64,000 bases of DNA from Lama guanicoe (taxonomy: Eukaryota). The stretch covers positions 665,146-729,145 of the forward strand of contig MU054400.1 of the NCBI GenBank assembly GCA_013239625.1, written 5' to 3'. Within the stretch, counting starts at the first letter, position 1, and every line of letters begins with the position of its first letter. The position numbers were made by a program, and so were the translations under genes. Below are positions 52,401 to 61,667 of this stretch, one piece after another. Below the pieces are notes generated by a model that did no database searches, was not told where the DNA came from, and saw only the letters and a program-made list of their open reading frames with translations.

Positions 52401-55400
52401 TTTACTTTTCACTCTCTAAATGGTGTCTTGATAAACAGAAGTTTCTAATTTTAATATAGTCCAGTTTATCAGTCTTTTCCTTAGTGAGCAATGCTTTTTT
52501 ATTTAAGAAATATTTGTCTGTCCTGAGATCCTGATGATATTCTATGTTACTATCTAGAAGCCTTATTTTACCTTTCACATTTAGAGCTACAGTTGATCTG
52601 GACTGATTTTTTTTTTTTTTTAGAGCATGGTAAAATGAGGATTCATCATTCCATTTTTTTCCATACAAATATTCATTTGACCAAGTACCATTCATCAAAA
52701 AAAATTTTTTCCAGTGCTCTGCAGTACCATCTTTGTCTTAAGTAATTGAAATTATGTGTGGGTTTATTTCTGAGCTCATTCTGTTCCATTGTGCTGGTAT
52801 CACATTATCTTAATTACTGTAGCTTTATAACTGGTAGCATATCTCTTCAAACATGGTCCTTCTTCAAGATTGTCTTGATTATTCCTGGTCATTTGCATTT
52901 TCATTTAAATTTTAGAATTAACTTATCAACATCTACCCAAAAAACCTGCTGGGATTTTTATTGAGTTGGTATTTAATTTATAGATCAACTTGGGGGGATT
53001 TGATATCTTTATAATTTTGAGACCACTAATCCATGAGCAAAGTATATTTTCCCATTATTCATGTCTTCTTTGATTTCTCTCAGTGATATTTTATAGTTTT
53101 CTTTCTGTAGGTTTTGTGTATCTTTAAGTAGATTTGTTCCTTGCTATTTGATGTTTTTTAATGCTACTATAAATGGTATTTTTTTCCTTATATCACTTTT
53201 TTAATAGACTTTATTCTTATAGAGCAGTTTCCTTGTATCACTTTTAAAATTTAATTTTCTAATCGCTTGTTGCTGGCATATAGAAATATCACTGATATTT
53301 GTTGACTTGTATTCACAACCTTGCTAAATTACTTATTTCTATTAGCTGTAGTTTCTTTGGATTTTGCATGTACCCAATCATATCCTCTTATAATTTCTTT
53401 CCAATTCTTACTTTTTTCTTTTTCTTGCCTAATTTTGCCAGCTAGGACTCCAGTACAATGTTGAATGGAAAGTGGTGATAATAGATATTTCTGATTTATC
53501 CCCAGTCTCTTAGGGAAAGCTTAAAGATTTCACCACTTAATATGATGTTTGCTATAAGTTGTTTGAGGATACTGTTTATCAGATTAATGAACATTTTATT
53601 CAATGACTGGCAGACTTTCTGGTTCCAACAAAGATTAAACATATAGCTCTGTAAAAATTTTAACAATTAGGGAATTTAGGTAAAGGATATATAGGAGTTC
53701 ACTGTAGTATTCTTGTAATTTGTGTTTCTTTGAAAATTTTTCAAGATGAAAAGCAGAAACAGACAAATGCAAACAAAATACAGTCTTGTTTTACCTTGAA
53801 GTTTGACTTGCAACGGTTGTTAACAGTACCTCTTTACATGGCTAAATGGGTAGAATATAATATGATGATTAATAACACTGCCCAAATTTCCCTTGATTTG
53901 ACCTTTGTGGTAACTGTAATAACTGCTGTTCAAAGCTCTTGCCCTTTAAGAACTGTCACATTGTTCTCAGCTGCAAAATGTGAACCTAAGAATCCTGAGT
54001 ATTCAGAAATACTGATGACACAGAAGGCCTCCAAATCACGGAAATGCACCTTTGTGTAGTTGAGACAGTATTGTGTAGTAGTTAGAGCTAGCCAGCGCTC
54101 TGGAGTTAGATTGCCCAGATTCACAGATCACTTAGCTATGTGACCTTGGGCAAATCACATTCTCTCTCTAAGCTTTAATGTGTTTTAAATGTCTGTGGAA
54201 ATGGTGACAATAATAGTATCTACCTCCCTGAGTTGTTACAAGGATTAAGGCATAAAAACTAAGGATAATATACAGAAAACGCATGGAAGAAGCCTAACAC
54301 ACAGTAGGTGCTCAGTTAATGTCATTTATTGATTAGAACTAGCTATTTCTGAAAGCTTTTTGAATTTGTCCTCAATCTTCAAATGATAACATAGTGACCC
54401 TCACTGTATAAGGATTCTTAAACACTCACAGATCTAAGAAAAAAAAAGAAATAGAAAATTTAAAAAGAAAATGCCATCTAAGTTTACAAATATATGTTCC
54501 ATTGCAGAAATGAAAAACTGGCAGACCAAATTCAGCTCACAGACATGCTTTATTGGTGTTTATATCTGAATTAGTGGCCAACTAATCAAAACATCAAAAG
54601 ATCTTCCCCCTAAGAATTCTCTTGAAAATTTGAAAATTAAAACTCTATTTAAAAATTAGAAAATCTAGCAACAGTAAACCATATTCTTATGGGCATCAAA
54701 CTTGTAAGAGACCTCTGTCTCCATATAAAAGAAAATTGTACTAAGTGCTAAGCTGAACTTTATCTACCTGTTTAAAAAAAGAAAAAGACATAGCTGGATA
54801 TTGGTGAGATGCCACAAGACTCATGCACTGCTGGTCAAAACAAAACATTTAAAGAAATCTAAATGGAGAATGTTTAAGTGTATTGTGGGATATATGTAAT
54901 TAGAAAAGTATGCAGCTGTTAACACTGGGAGTGTGAAAACCAAACAGTAATATGAGAAATGCTAATGATATAATAATAAGGAAGAAAAAGATCAAAGTTT
55001 TATATAAACTGATTGCAACTACTTAAAACTACAGAGGAAAAATCTAAAAGGAAATGTATTAAAAATACTGCAGTGCTTATGTTAATGAAATTCTTTATTT
55101 TCTGGACTTTCTGTAAGGTGATGTTAATTTTAATATTATCTGTCTACTTTATATATCTGATGTTTAGGTGAAGCCTCAGGGAAAGTCATCCCCCAGCAAC
55201 CATCCCCAGTACTCTTACTCCCCCAGCTTATCTCCCCCAGCTTATTACTCTTATCTGCTCACCAAACAATTTAAGTCCCCAGTGTCAGCCTGTAGCTTGC
55301 TCAGACTCATCTAGAGCTGTCTTATTTTCTTCTATGAAAACAATTCAGTATCTTGTCCCAAGTTGTTCTTATTTTCCTTAATCATTAATATAGAGAACTT

Positions 55401-55788
55401 AGGGCATGATGGGCACTCTGTTACTATAAGATAGTTTTCCTCCCCCACATCCTTTCTTTTTATTTACCTACTCCTCTCACTTTCAGGCGGTTAGCAGAGG
55501 CATTTCATATCAGTGATGATTCTGATCCTTTCAATGTACGTTCTTCAGGGTCAAAATTCAGTGACAGTTTGAAAGAAGATGCCAGGTATGTAACGTGTTA
55601 CCTGCTTTCTTGATTGTGGCTTACCAGAGTGTTTGGTCTTTTAAAATGTAGTAACTAATATGTAATCCTTTGTGATTGAACCAGTTTGTATATGTTATAA
55701 AGGATTATAATGATGTTTAATAAAAATCCTTCTCTTGGTCTCTTAAAACTGTCCTGTTAAAGAATTGAACTTGGAGAGAGAGAGAGAG

Positions 55789-55833
<45 letters not shown>

Positions 55834-58800
55834 TGTCTCTGCGGTAGGAGTTGGGACGCCCTCCAGAAGCTGGACTAGTCAGAATTGAAGGATCTCTGGC
55901 CACCCACATCACAATCACGTGGGCAGTCCTCACTTGGGTGGTAACAGGTCTTATTTCCCTCGTGTCTCCTGGCTCTCTGATGGCTATTCCTCCTTCCATC
56001 TTCTCTTTTCTCATATTTGTTTTCTTATTTTCTCTTCCTTTCTTCCATCAAGTCCAACCTTCTGTTATGTGACAATTCCTGACTTCTGCAGTTTTTCTGC
56101 CCACATTGTCCATTGTCTGCACTTAACAGAGAGGGTGGGTAGAAGGGACTCTCAAAAAAGAGCAGAAACAGATGAAATTAATTGTGCTGATTTCTCATTT
56201 CAGGAAGGACTTAAAGTTTGTCGGTGACATTGAGAAGGAAATGGAAGCCCTTGTGGAAGCCGTGAATAAGGTTGAAGTCAAAACATCCAACTGGACATGT
56301 CTCTAAGGCCAGCTTGATAAAAAGTCCCAGAAACACTTGTTGGTGTAAAGTAGTTATAGGAAAAAGCCACAACTTCCTTGGGGATCATTATCTTTCCCAA
56401 AAGCCCAGCCATTATAACATCATGGAAGCCCTGTGCTGGTTCAGAAAAGATATCTGCAATAATATTAAATGTAAATAAAAATCCTAGCTCAGTGCCTAAG
56501 AATGGGTGAAGAAACTCAGGACAAAGGGGACCCAGTAGGGATGCTTAGGAAGACCTGCTGGGTCCTCAGATCTCTGAAGGGCTGTTGTATATTTGGAAAC
56601 ACTGGTTCTCATTACCCCAAAGGCAGGAGAGGAGAAGAACCCTGGGGCAAAGATAAAAAGTTGAATAACTGGAGCTGAAGAGTAGTGGCTTAGCCTCCTT
56701 CAAGAGAGTGAAGCCTGTCCTGGAGGCAGCCATGGATGTCAAGGAGGTAGTTTTAAGCAAAAAAAGTCTCTGATTTAGTCAGAAGCAGCCAGCCCCACAG
56801 TGACTCCTTCTTCCTTCCGGGGGGACTCAGTGAGAATGAGATGGCTGCTTTAGCTCCACATCTAATGAAGAGGGATTTCCTTCCCACCATCTCCTCACCC
56901 CCTTCCCTTCCTCCCTTCTGTTGCCACTTCCCAGCAAGATACTAACACAAAGGAGAAGATGAATCATTGTTCCCCTCCTGACCAGGAAACCTGAGCAAGT
57001 GTGTTTCTCTGCTGTGTGTCTGTCTGTACACTCATGATTTTTAGTGTACAGTGTACTTTTTTATAAGATTTTCATTTTGTAAGTCTCCAATTTATTTAGT
57101 AATTTCTTGGGAACATCACTCGTTCCCCAGTTACAGGCCCTCTCAGGAGGAACCATTACACTGTTCGTGTCAGTCTCAGTTTACTAACCCTTTGACCCCC
57201 TAACCCTAGCCAGCTGGTACTGTGTGACTCACAGAGGAGGTGAGAGAAGTGCATCAGCCCTCACCCTCCCACATCCCCGGCTTGCTTGGCAGTCAGTGAA
57301 TTGCTGTCCGCTGTGGGCCTCCAAAATGCAGCTGCCTCTTTATTGACCCAGGCTCTTCTGGGATGATGGGAAAGACCTCTGTAGGCATATTCTGTTTTCA
57401 AGATGATTTTATCAATAAGTCATCTTTTCTTTCGGTACAGGGAAAGAATAGTAAGAAGAGCCACTGCTTCCCTCCCATGAACAGAGACCACCGCCGGATC
57501 ATCCACGACCTGGCCCAAGTGTATGGCCTGGAGAGCGTGAGCTATGACAGTGAACCGAAGCGCAATGTCGTGGTCACTGCAGTCAGGTGGGTTGATCTTG
57601 CCATCCTAGGAGGAGCTGCTCAGTGGGGCAGACAGGACCTGGGAAGCAGGGCCAGTCAATATTTGCTTTTCTTACTTCCTCTGTTGGGAGAATAGGTAGA
57701 AAATCTGCCTCTGGGACAGCCATTCTGAACCGATCTAAAGATCTGAACCAGAAAGTAAAGCCCATGCCTCAGTCCTCAGAGCAGACACACCTAAAGGATA
57801 CAAACCTCAGGTCCGTCCAGATCCACATGGGAGACTCTGAGGGCCTCTGGTGGGTGCCTGCCCGTCACATCTGCGCTTCTTCCCCTTGTGTCCTCCTGGC
57901 ATGATAGAAACAGAAAGAATGCTGGTCTGTGACTACAGTGTTTGCCATTAGAGGAAACAGAGATAGTAGTGTGAGCCAGCAGGGGACAAAAGGACCTAGG
58001 ATCACTGTCAGAACCTGAGGGAGTCAGAAGAACTTCCCAAAAAAGAAAGCTCAAGTGTGAGATGAGAGGACTCAGGTAACAGGCCCAGCAAGAGGTGGGT
58101 GAAAGGGGCAAGGGTTACATGAAGGCATCCATGCTCGAGAGGAGACAGGTTCTATCCAAGGGTGCACCACAGCATCATAGTGAGTGCCACGGACTAGATT
58201 TCCAGCTGTCTGCCTATCTCCACAAACAGCTCTCACTTTTCAATGCTTTGTGTTCTGACTTTTATCAGAGGGAAGTCTATTTGTCCTCCTACCACGCTGA
58301 CAGGTGTTCTTGAAAGAGAAATGCAGTCACGGCCTCCACCACCAATTCCTCATCACAGACATCAGACAGACAAGTAAGTGTTCTTCAGCTGCTTTCCGAA
58401 GGGCCCTGGTCAGAGAAGCCAGCAGGGACTGAACTGTCCTGGGCTACACCAGCCATTGGCCTGGCCTTGGGGCATTGTGTTGAGATTTAATAAGGTTTGG
58501 CAGCATTGCTGAAAGTTACTGGGAAACCCAGGAGGGTCCCTGCTCCGGTTCTGGCCTTCCACACAGAAGCCCTAGCAGTACCTCCTACACAGAACCTCTG
58601 GGAGGGTGGGTAGGGAAGTTTACAAGGTCACCATGAGGGTCATAGCAGTCAGTGTCCCCCTGGAGCTGACCAGGACAGCTAGGTGCTGCCCATTGGGCAC
58701 AGCCTCAGCCAGGAGTGTCTGGGGCCATGTAACTCCCCAGGACCAGCCTCGCTCCACCCCCGGGAAGCAGTTGGCCCGGATTCCAGTCAACACAGGCTGC

Positions 58801-59207
58801 GTTTCCATGTGTTAGACCACAGCTGTGTCCAGTACCACCTGGACGTTGGCCTATTTATGCCATATGCTATCTTTTTTTTTCTTTGCTTGCTTTATTTTTT
58901 TTATAAGACTTTACTGTGGAAAATTTTTGGAGTAGAGAAAATACTGTTAATATAATATATTAACATAATCCTCTGTGTGCCTATCACCAAATTCCAACAC
59001 TTACCAGTTTATGTGGACTCCACTGTCTTATCAAAGCTTCACATATGGAAAATCAACTGACCCTTAACTTTCCAAAACCTGAATCTATTTCTCTCAAACA
59101 AGAAAAGATTGATCATTCCATGTTTGCTTTTCAGGAATCCTGGGAGCAGTAATTTACAGAAAATAGCCAAGGAGCCAGTAATTGACTACTTTGATGTCCA
59201 GGACTGA
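1015..59207 (+). CDS. NFX1: NFX1 (NFX1-123-type full-length isoform), 24 coding exons, 1119 aa
   Basis: Spliced [26 protein letters not shown]...[12 protein letters not shown]. Exon lengths sum to 3360 nt with consistent phases and GT-AG introns. PAM2, RING, NF-X1 zinc fingers and R3H (HRRIIH) are recognisable. Confidence 0.97.
2725..2935 (+). mobile_element. MIR
   Basis: MIR core ctgtgaccttgggcaagttac...tctcaattttctcatc. Confidence 0.7.
4027..5031 (+). CDS. NFX1: NFX1 exon 2 (PAM2 motif [12 protein letters not shown] plus disordered N-terminal region)
   Basis: Acceptor cctag|GT, donor CAG|gtaaat; 1005 nt open frame inside ORF 3981..5045. Confidence 0.95.
5303..5438 (-). mobile_element. tRNA-derived SINE (camelid type)
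   Basis: Reverse complement GGGAGGGTATAGCTCAAGTGGTA...GTTCAATTCCCAGTACCTCC plus A-rich tail. Confidence 0.8.
6735..7372. mobile_element. MLT1-like (MaLR) LTR interrupted by an L1 3' end
   Basis: MaLR-like sequence; insert at 6947-7082 flanked by a 19-bp TSD with 2 mismatches (6928-6946 and 7083-7101). Confidence 0.6.
7420..10160 (-). mobile_element. L2 fragments, with an L1 fragment at ~8200-8520
   Basis: Purine-rich L2-like sequence (ggattctggatatattttgaaggtagagcc; gtaataatccaggtgag); boundaries approximate. Confidence 0.6.
11780..11938 (+). CDS. NFX1: NFX1 exon 3 (RING finger, CMVCC...HLNC)
   Basis: aacag|GT TCT CTA; GCAG|gtcagt; 159 nt. Confidence 0.95.
12105..12232 (-). mobile_element. 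tRNA-derived SINE (camelid type)
   Basis: Same family; 16-bp TSD with 2 mismatches at 12089-12104 and 12233-12248. Confidence 0.8.
13225..13302 (+). CDS. NFX1: NFX1 exon 4 ([13 protein letters not shown]...CFCG)
   Basis: gacag|AT; G|gtgagt; 78 nt. Confidence 0.95.
16900..17005 (+). CDS. NFX1: NFX1 exon 5 ([20 protein letters not shown]...)
   Basis: tttag|GC; CT|gtaagt; 106 nt. Confidence 0.93.
17880..18045. mobile_element. MER5A-like hAT MITE
   Basis: tgaatcagaatctc...ccaggtgattctaacatgcagccagcgttgcaaaccactg. Confidence 0.65.
19259..19330 (+). CDS. NFX1: NFX1 exon 6 ([10 protein letters not shown]...)
   Basis: ttcag|T; AG|gtaaag; 72 nt. Confidence 0.93.
20998..21137 (+). CDS. NFX1: NFX1 exon 7 (NF-X1 zinc finger [15 protein letters not shown])
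   Basis: tacag|G; G|gtaagt; 140 nt. Confidence 0.93.
23629..23728 (+). CDS. NFX1: NFX1 exon 8 ([14 protein letters not shown]...)
   Basis: tcaag|TA (AAG acceptor); AA|gtaagg; 100 nt. Confidence 0.9.
23812..24029 (+). CDS. NFX1: NFX1 exon 9 ([18 protein letters not shown]...)
   Basis: aacag|G; G|gtaact; 218 nt. Confidence 0.93.
25815..28860 (+). mobile_element. Ancient L1M 5' portion (5' UTR, ORF1 remnant, start of ORF2)
   Basis: A-rich ORF1-like sequence at ~27100-27950; endonuclease start ataataacattaatgtgaatggattaaac near 28690. Confidence 0.75.
29357..29454 (+). CDS. NFX1: NFX1 exon 10 ([17 protein letters not shown]...)
   Basis: taaag|AT (AAG acceptor); AAG|gtaaat; 98 nt. Confidence 0.92.
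29709..30485 (-). mobile_element. MER21-like LTR
   Basis: Reverse complement begins TGTATAGTGAAGAATTAGC...AGAGAGGTCT...GGAGGTAATCTCTAAACCCCTGGAAT, resembling MER21C. Confidence 0.65.
32650..32680 (+). CDS. NFX1: NFX1 exon 11 ([10 protein letters not shown])
   Basis: Long pyrimidine tract catag|GAG; AAG|gtatga; 31 nt, needed to reconcile phases 0 and 1. Confidence 0.9.
34540..35950 (-). mobile_element. Old L1M 3' fragments hosting the U2 pseudogene
   Basis: Degenerate L1 3' sequence (ttcatctgttgatggacatttgg...; tgatttgcaaatattttctccc). Confidence 0.7.
35214..35473 (-). pseudogene. U2 snRNA processed pseudogene with A-rich tail
   Basis: Reverse complement TTGCTTCTTGGCCTTTGGGCTAAGATCAAGCGTAGTATCTG...ATGGATTTTTGGAGCAGGGAG...TACCTCCAGGCATGGTGC matches U2 nearly end to end (body 35300-35473). 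Tail at 35214-35299. TSD AACTGCCATATTGT at 35200-35213 and 35472-35485. Confidence 0.92.
36150..37020 (-). mobile_element. Older LINE-1 3' end fragment
   Basis: Typical L1 3' sequence (tagattccatgtgtaagtgaaatcatgcagtatttgtctttctctgtctgacttatttcacttagc). Confidence 0.75.
37236..40210 (-). mobile_element. 5'-truncated LINE-1 (ORF2 RT to 3' end), disrupted
   Basis: ORF2 peptides [13 protein letters not shown]...[10 protein letters not shown] (39351..39818) and [13 protein letters not shown] (38603..38935); T-rich tail near 37236. Confidence 0.92.
38974..39084 (+). mobile_element. tRNA-derived SINE inserted in L1
   Basis: GGGGGAGGGTATAGCT...GGGTTCAGTCCCCAG plus A-rich tail; interrupts antisense L1 ORF2. 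Confidence 0.75.
40471..40550 (+). CDS. NFX1: NFX1 exon 12 ([21 protein letters not shown]...)
   Basis: tagcag|AT tandem acceptor; GTG|gtaagt; 80 nt. Confidence 0.92.
41512..41620 (+). CDS. NFX1: NFX1 exon 13 ([21 protein letters not shown]...)
   Basis: cctag|GAT; A|gtgagt; 109 nt. Confidence 0.93.
42334..42751 (-). mobile_element. MER2-like Tigger-family MITE
   Basis: Recognisable core (ataagtaatctagagatgatttaa...gcaaatactacacc...ataagggacttgagcat); TA|CAG...CTG ends. Confidence 0.75.
42393..42495 (+). mobile_element. tRNA-derived SINE inserted in MER2-like element
   Basis: A box TAGCTCAGTGG, B box GGTTCAATCC, A tail; TSD TGTTCAAGG at 42384-42392 and 42496-42504. Confidence 0.85.
44285..44404 (+). 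CDS. NFX1: NFX1 exon 14 ([20 protein letters not shown]...)
   Basis: accag|GT; CAG|gtgggt; 120 nt. Confidence 0.93.
45554..45633 (+). CDS. NFX1: NFX1 exon 15 ([13 protein letters not shown]...GKHE)
   Basis: tgcag|TA; GAG|gtaagt; 80 nt. Confidence 0.93.
45710..45914 (+). mobile_element. Short LINE-1 3' end, sense orientation
   Basis: gcacagggaact...aatcactgctgtacacctgaaac; 16-bp TSD with 2 mismatches at 45694-45709 and 45915-45930. Confidence 0.8.
46052..46507 (+). mobile_element. Solo ERV LTR (456 bp)
   Basis: TGTTG...CAACA termini; perfect TSD ATTCA at 46047-46051 and 46508-46512; internal CCAAT and TAATAAA; interrupts an old L1 3' fragment. Confidence 0.8.
48531..48761 (+). CDS. NFX1: NFX1 exon 16 (LRSNIPCHL...CKAK)
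   Basis: cctag|TTA; AAG|gtgcgt; 231 nt. Confidence 0.93.
49656..49729 (+). CDS. NFX1: NFX1 exon 17 ([16 protein letters not shown]...)
   Basis: ttcag|ATA; AG|gttagt; 74 nt. Confidence 0.92.
50519..50620 (+). CDS. NFX1: NFX1 exon 18 ([16 protein letters not shown]...)
   Basis: tgcag|A; AG|gtaatt; 102 nt. Confidence 0.92.
51174..51215 (+). CDS. NFX1: NFX1 exon 19 ([13 protein letters not shown])
   Basis: tcaag|G (AAG acceptor); AA|gtaagt; 42 nt. Confidence 0.9.
51525..53600 (-). mobile_element. Ancient L1M fragment
   Basis: T-rich degenerate ORF2/3' sequence; ORF 52402..52698 has L1-like [16 protein letters not shown]. Confidence 0.75.
54065..54325 (+). mobile_element. MIR
   Basis: agctatgtgaccttggggcaaatcac...cacagtaggtgctcag. 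Confidence 0.7.
55487..55585 (+). CDS. NFX1: NFX1 exon 20 ([15 protein letters not shown]...)
   Basis: ttcag|G; AG|gtatgt; 99 nt. Confidence 0.92.
55774..55832. repeat. Compound microsatellite (GA)9(GT)20
   Basis: Read directly from the sequence. Confidence 0.95.
56204..56270 (+). CDS. NFX1: NFX1 exon 21 ([22 protein letters not shown]; start of R3H region)
   Basis: ttcag|G; weak donor AAG|gttgaa; 67 nt. Confidence 0.9.
56464..56479 (+). terminator. Candidate intronic poly(A) signals (ATTAAA + AATAAA) in intron 21
   Basis: ATTAAA at 56464-56469 and AATAAA at 56474-56479, ~160-170 nt after the in-frame TAA of exon 21 read-through. Confidence 0.55.
57441..57586 (+). CDS. NFX1: NFX1 exon 22 (R3H core [16 protein letters not shown])
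   Basis: tacag|GGA; AG|gtgggt; 146 nt. Confidence 0.95.
58269..58373 (+). CDS. NFX1: NFX1 exon 23 ([15 protein letters not shown]...)
   Basis: atcag|A; AA|gtaagt; 105 nt. Confidence 0.92.
59135..59207 (+). CDS. NFX1: NFX1 exon 24 coding part ([23 protein letters not shown])
   Basis: ttcag|G; TGA at 59205-59207; 73 nt closes the frame. Confidence 0.93.
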
Positions 59208-60746
59208 GAAGATCAAGATGCACTTAGAAAAAAGAATGATTAGGTGTGGTGGAGACTCGTTTGCCAGCAGAGAAATCATGCTTTTTCCCAATTGCCTGGT
59301 GGACTCACAGCTCACATACTGTCTTGTACTGATACATCCAGAGCATGAGTGTGTCAGAAATTCCTTTGTCCTCTCTTCGTCTATATAAAGTGTTTAGTAT
59401 GGCCAGATCTCTGACTGGACGGTCACTAGTGATTCAGTCATTATTTGCAGAGGCTCCTCACACCACCGCCATGGTTGCTCCGAGGGTTGGGGCAACACTG
59501 AGCTTGATTTAGACAAAATGAGAATTTTAGCTTGATAGTGTCATTTAGTCATGGTCTCAGTTGTCCCAGTTATCCATCTTCCTGAAAATGCTTGCAGCAT
59601 CAGACACATTGCTTCCTTAATCCAAAGTGATCACAATCTTCAGAAAGACCCAGGCAAACCTCGCAGTCCAAAATACCAAACATTGAATTAGTACCCCACA
59701 TCTGGATTCATACATGTCACGTTAAACCCAGCTGTCTTATCTGAGTCTTTTGCCAAAAACTCATAAGTCTGCCTAGCTGAACTTACTTTAATAGTTCTCA
59801 GCACCATCAGTTCCAGACCTAGAAGAGGGGTCAGGAGGATCTAAAGAATTCCATCTTCTGGAGTCCAGGCAGTAGCCTCTCATATTGCATCACTGAGCCT
59901 ATCTGGTGACAGACACGTTAGCTCTCCAACATGATGGTAGAAGACACAGAGCAAGGCCCCCCTACCAGATTCACACTGTGGCCTCTGTGTACTGACCAGT
60001 GCCGCCCTAACTCCTCTGGTTGAGAATCTTAGGGACACTTACCTTTCCTGTGTTGCTTTCTCCCAGGCTTGCAGCAGCCGTATTGGTGTTCCCTGTCTCT
60101 GAGCTCTGGACCTCTGTTTGAATATTCAGAGAACTATGTGGACAGTCCAGGGCTTATGCCAGCAACCCACTGGAGGCATTCTTCAGGCTCCTTTAAAGGC
60201 AGGTACATCAGAAGTTACGTTAGTTTGGCCCTTTTGCATTGGCGCCTCTCCAGCATGGAGGCCAAACTTCCATCAACTTCCTTCTGCTCCAGAACAAGCC
60301 ACAAGGCCCAGAGTAACAGGAGGAGAACTGAGAAGTGATGTCACAAACTGGCACTTAATTTTCATAGGAAGAGCAGGGCTGCCCTTTGGTCCTGATCCAC
60401 ATGATCTGCCTTGAAAGGGGACAGGCGAGTGGAGGGGAGAGACGGAGTACCACAAGACCACCTTTGTCTGAGCCTGTTAGCAGTGGCCCCACACCTGGCA
60501 GGAAGCTCCTGAACAGCTGTTCCTCTTACAAGCAGTGGGTTCAGTGGGTGAACTGTACATTGAGAGCATCTCAGAATCAGCAGAAGGCAGGAGACCTGAT
60601 TTCAGATTCCAGCTCTGCCACATAACAACTTGCCGTTTGGTGGGGTGGAGATATCACCTACCTCACCAGGGTTGTGAGGATTAAGGGAGGTAACAGGCAT
60701 GGAGATGCCAGATCTGTTATAGGTGCTGAAAGTTTATAGTATCGAA

Positions 60747-60752
60747 AATAAA
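60747..60752 (+). terminator. Candidate distal poly(A) signal of NFX1
   Basis: First canonical AATAAA I found after the stop. Variants: TATAAA at 59384-59389 and ATTAAA at 60976-60981. Confidence 0.35.
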
Positions 60753-61343
60753 GAAGCATCTTCTCTTTCCATAAGATCAGCCAAGTGAAAAGTTAGAATG
60801 TTAGGCAGGCCACTTCTGGTGAGTGCTTGCATACCTCCTCATACCAGCCTGTGCTGGGGCTGTGGGAAGCAGACGTGGCCTGTTCTTTTACAGTTAGCAT
60901 GCCAGTGGGGGACACATACCTGAACAAATATAATGAAATTATTTGCTCTGGTGTAAATAGGTCATTAGTCTGTTTATTAAAATTTGAAGAGCCATACAAG
61001 GAGTTTTTTTGTGGCATGCTAGGAATGGCTTAGCTCTCATGCTTGGGGGAAGGACCCCAGATGGGAAAGGAAAACAGAAGGAAGCATTTAAGCTGAGTCT
61101 TGAGATGGTAGACGGCCATTTTCAGAAGGAGAGAGGCATGCCAAGTGAAAAAACACATGAGACGAGCCCAGGGCTGTGGTTTGTGGTAGGTTTGAGGAAG
61201 GGTTATTTGTCCAGAGTGGACAGACTATTGGAGGGGCAGGTGATGAAGCTGGAGAGGTTAGACGGGTCAGTTTGTGGAGAGCCACAGGGAGCCAGTGAAG
61301 GATCCTCCGTAGAGAGCAGCACAGCTGGATTTACAATCTAGGG

Positions 61344-61667
61344 CAGGAATTGGCAAAGGTTTTCTGTAAAGAGCCAGATATTTTAGGCTTTGAGAACCTT
61401 AGAGTTTCTGTTGCAGCTGCCCAACTCTGCCATTGTAGTGTGAAAGCAGCCCCAGACGGTACACAAACGAATGAGCATGACTGTTGTAGTAACATTTCAT
61501 AGACATTAAGTCAGAAATTCATGGAATTTTAACATGTCACAAAAATCCTTTTTCCCCCCAACCATCCCAACCATTTAAAACTGAAAAGAAAACATTCTTA
61601 GCTCATGAGTTACACAAAAACAGGCAACAGGCTGGATTTGGCCCTGGACCTCAGTTTGCCCACCCTG
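61344..61667. mobile_element. MER58B-like hAT MITE
   Basis: TIR-like CAGGAATTGGCAAA...TTTGCCCACCCTG; 8-bp NTCTAGNN flanks atctaggg and ttctagag. Confidence 0.75.
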
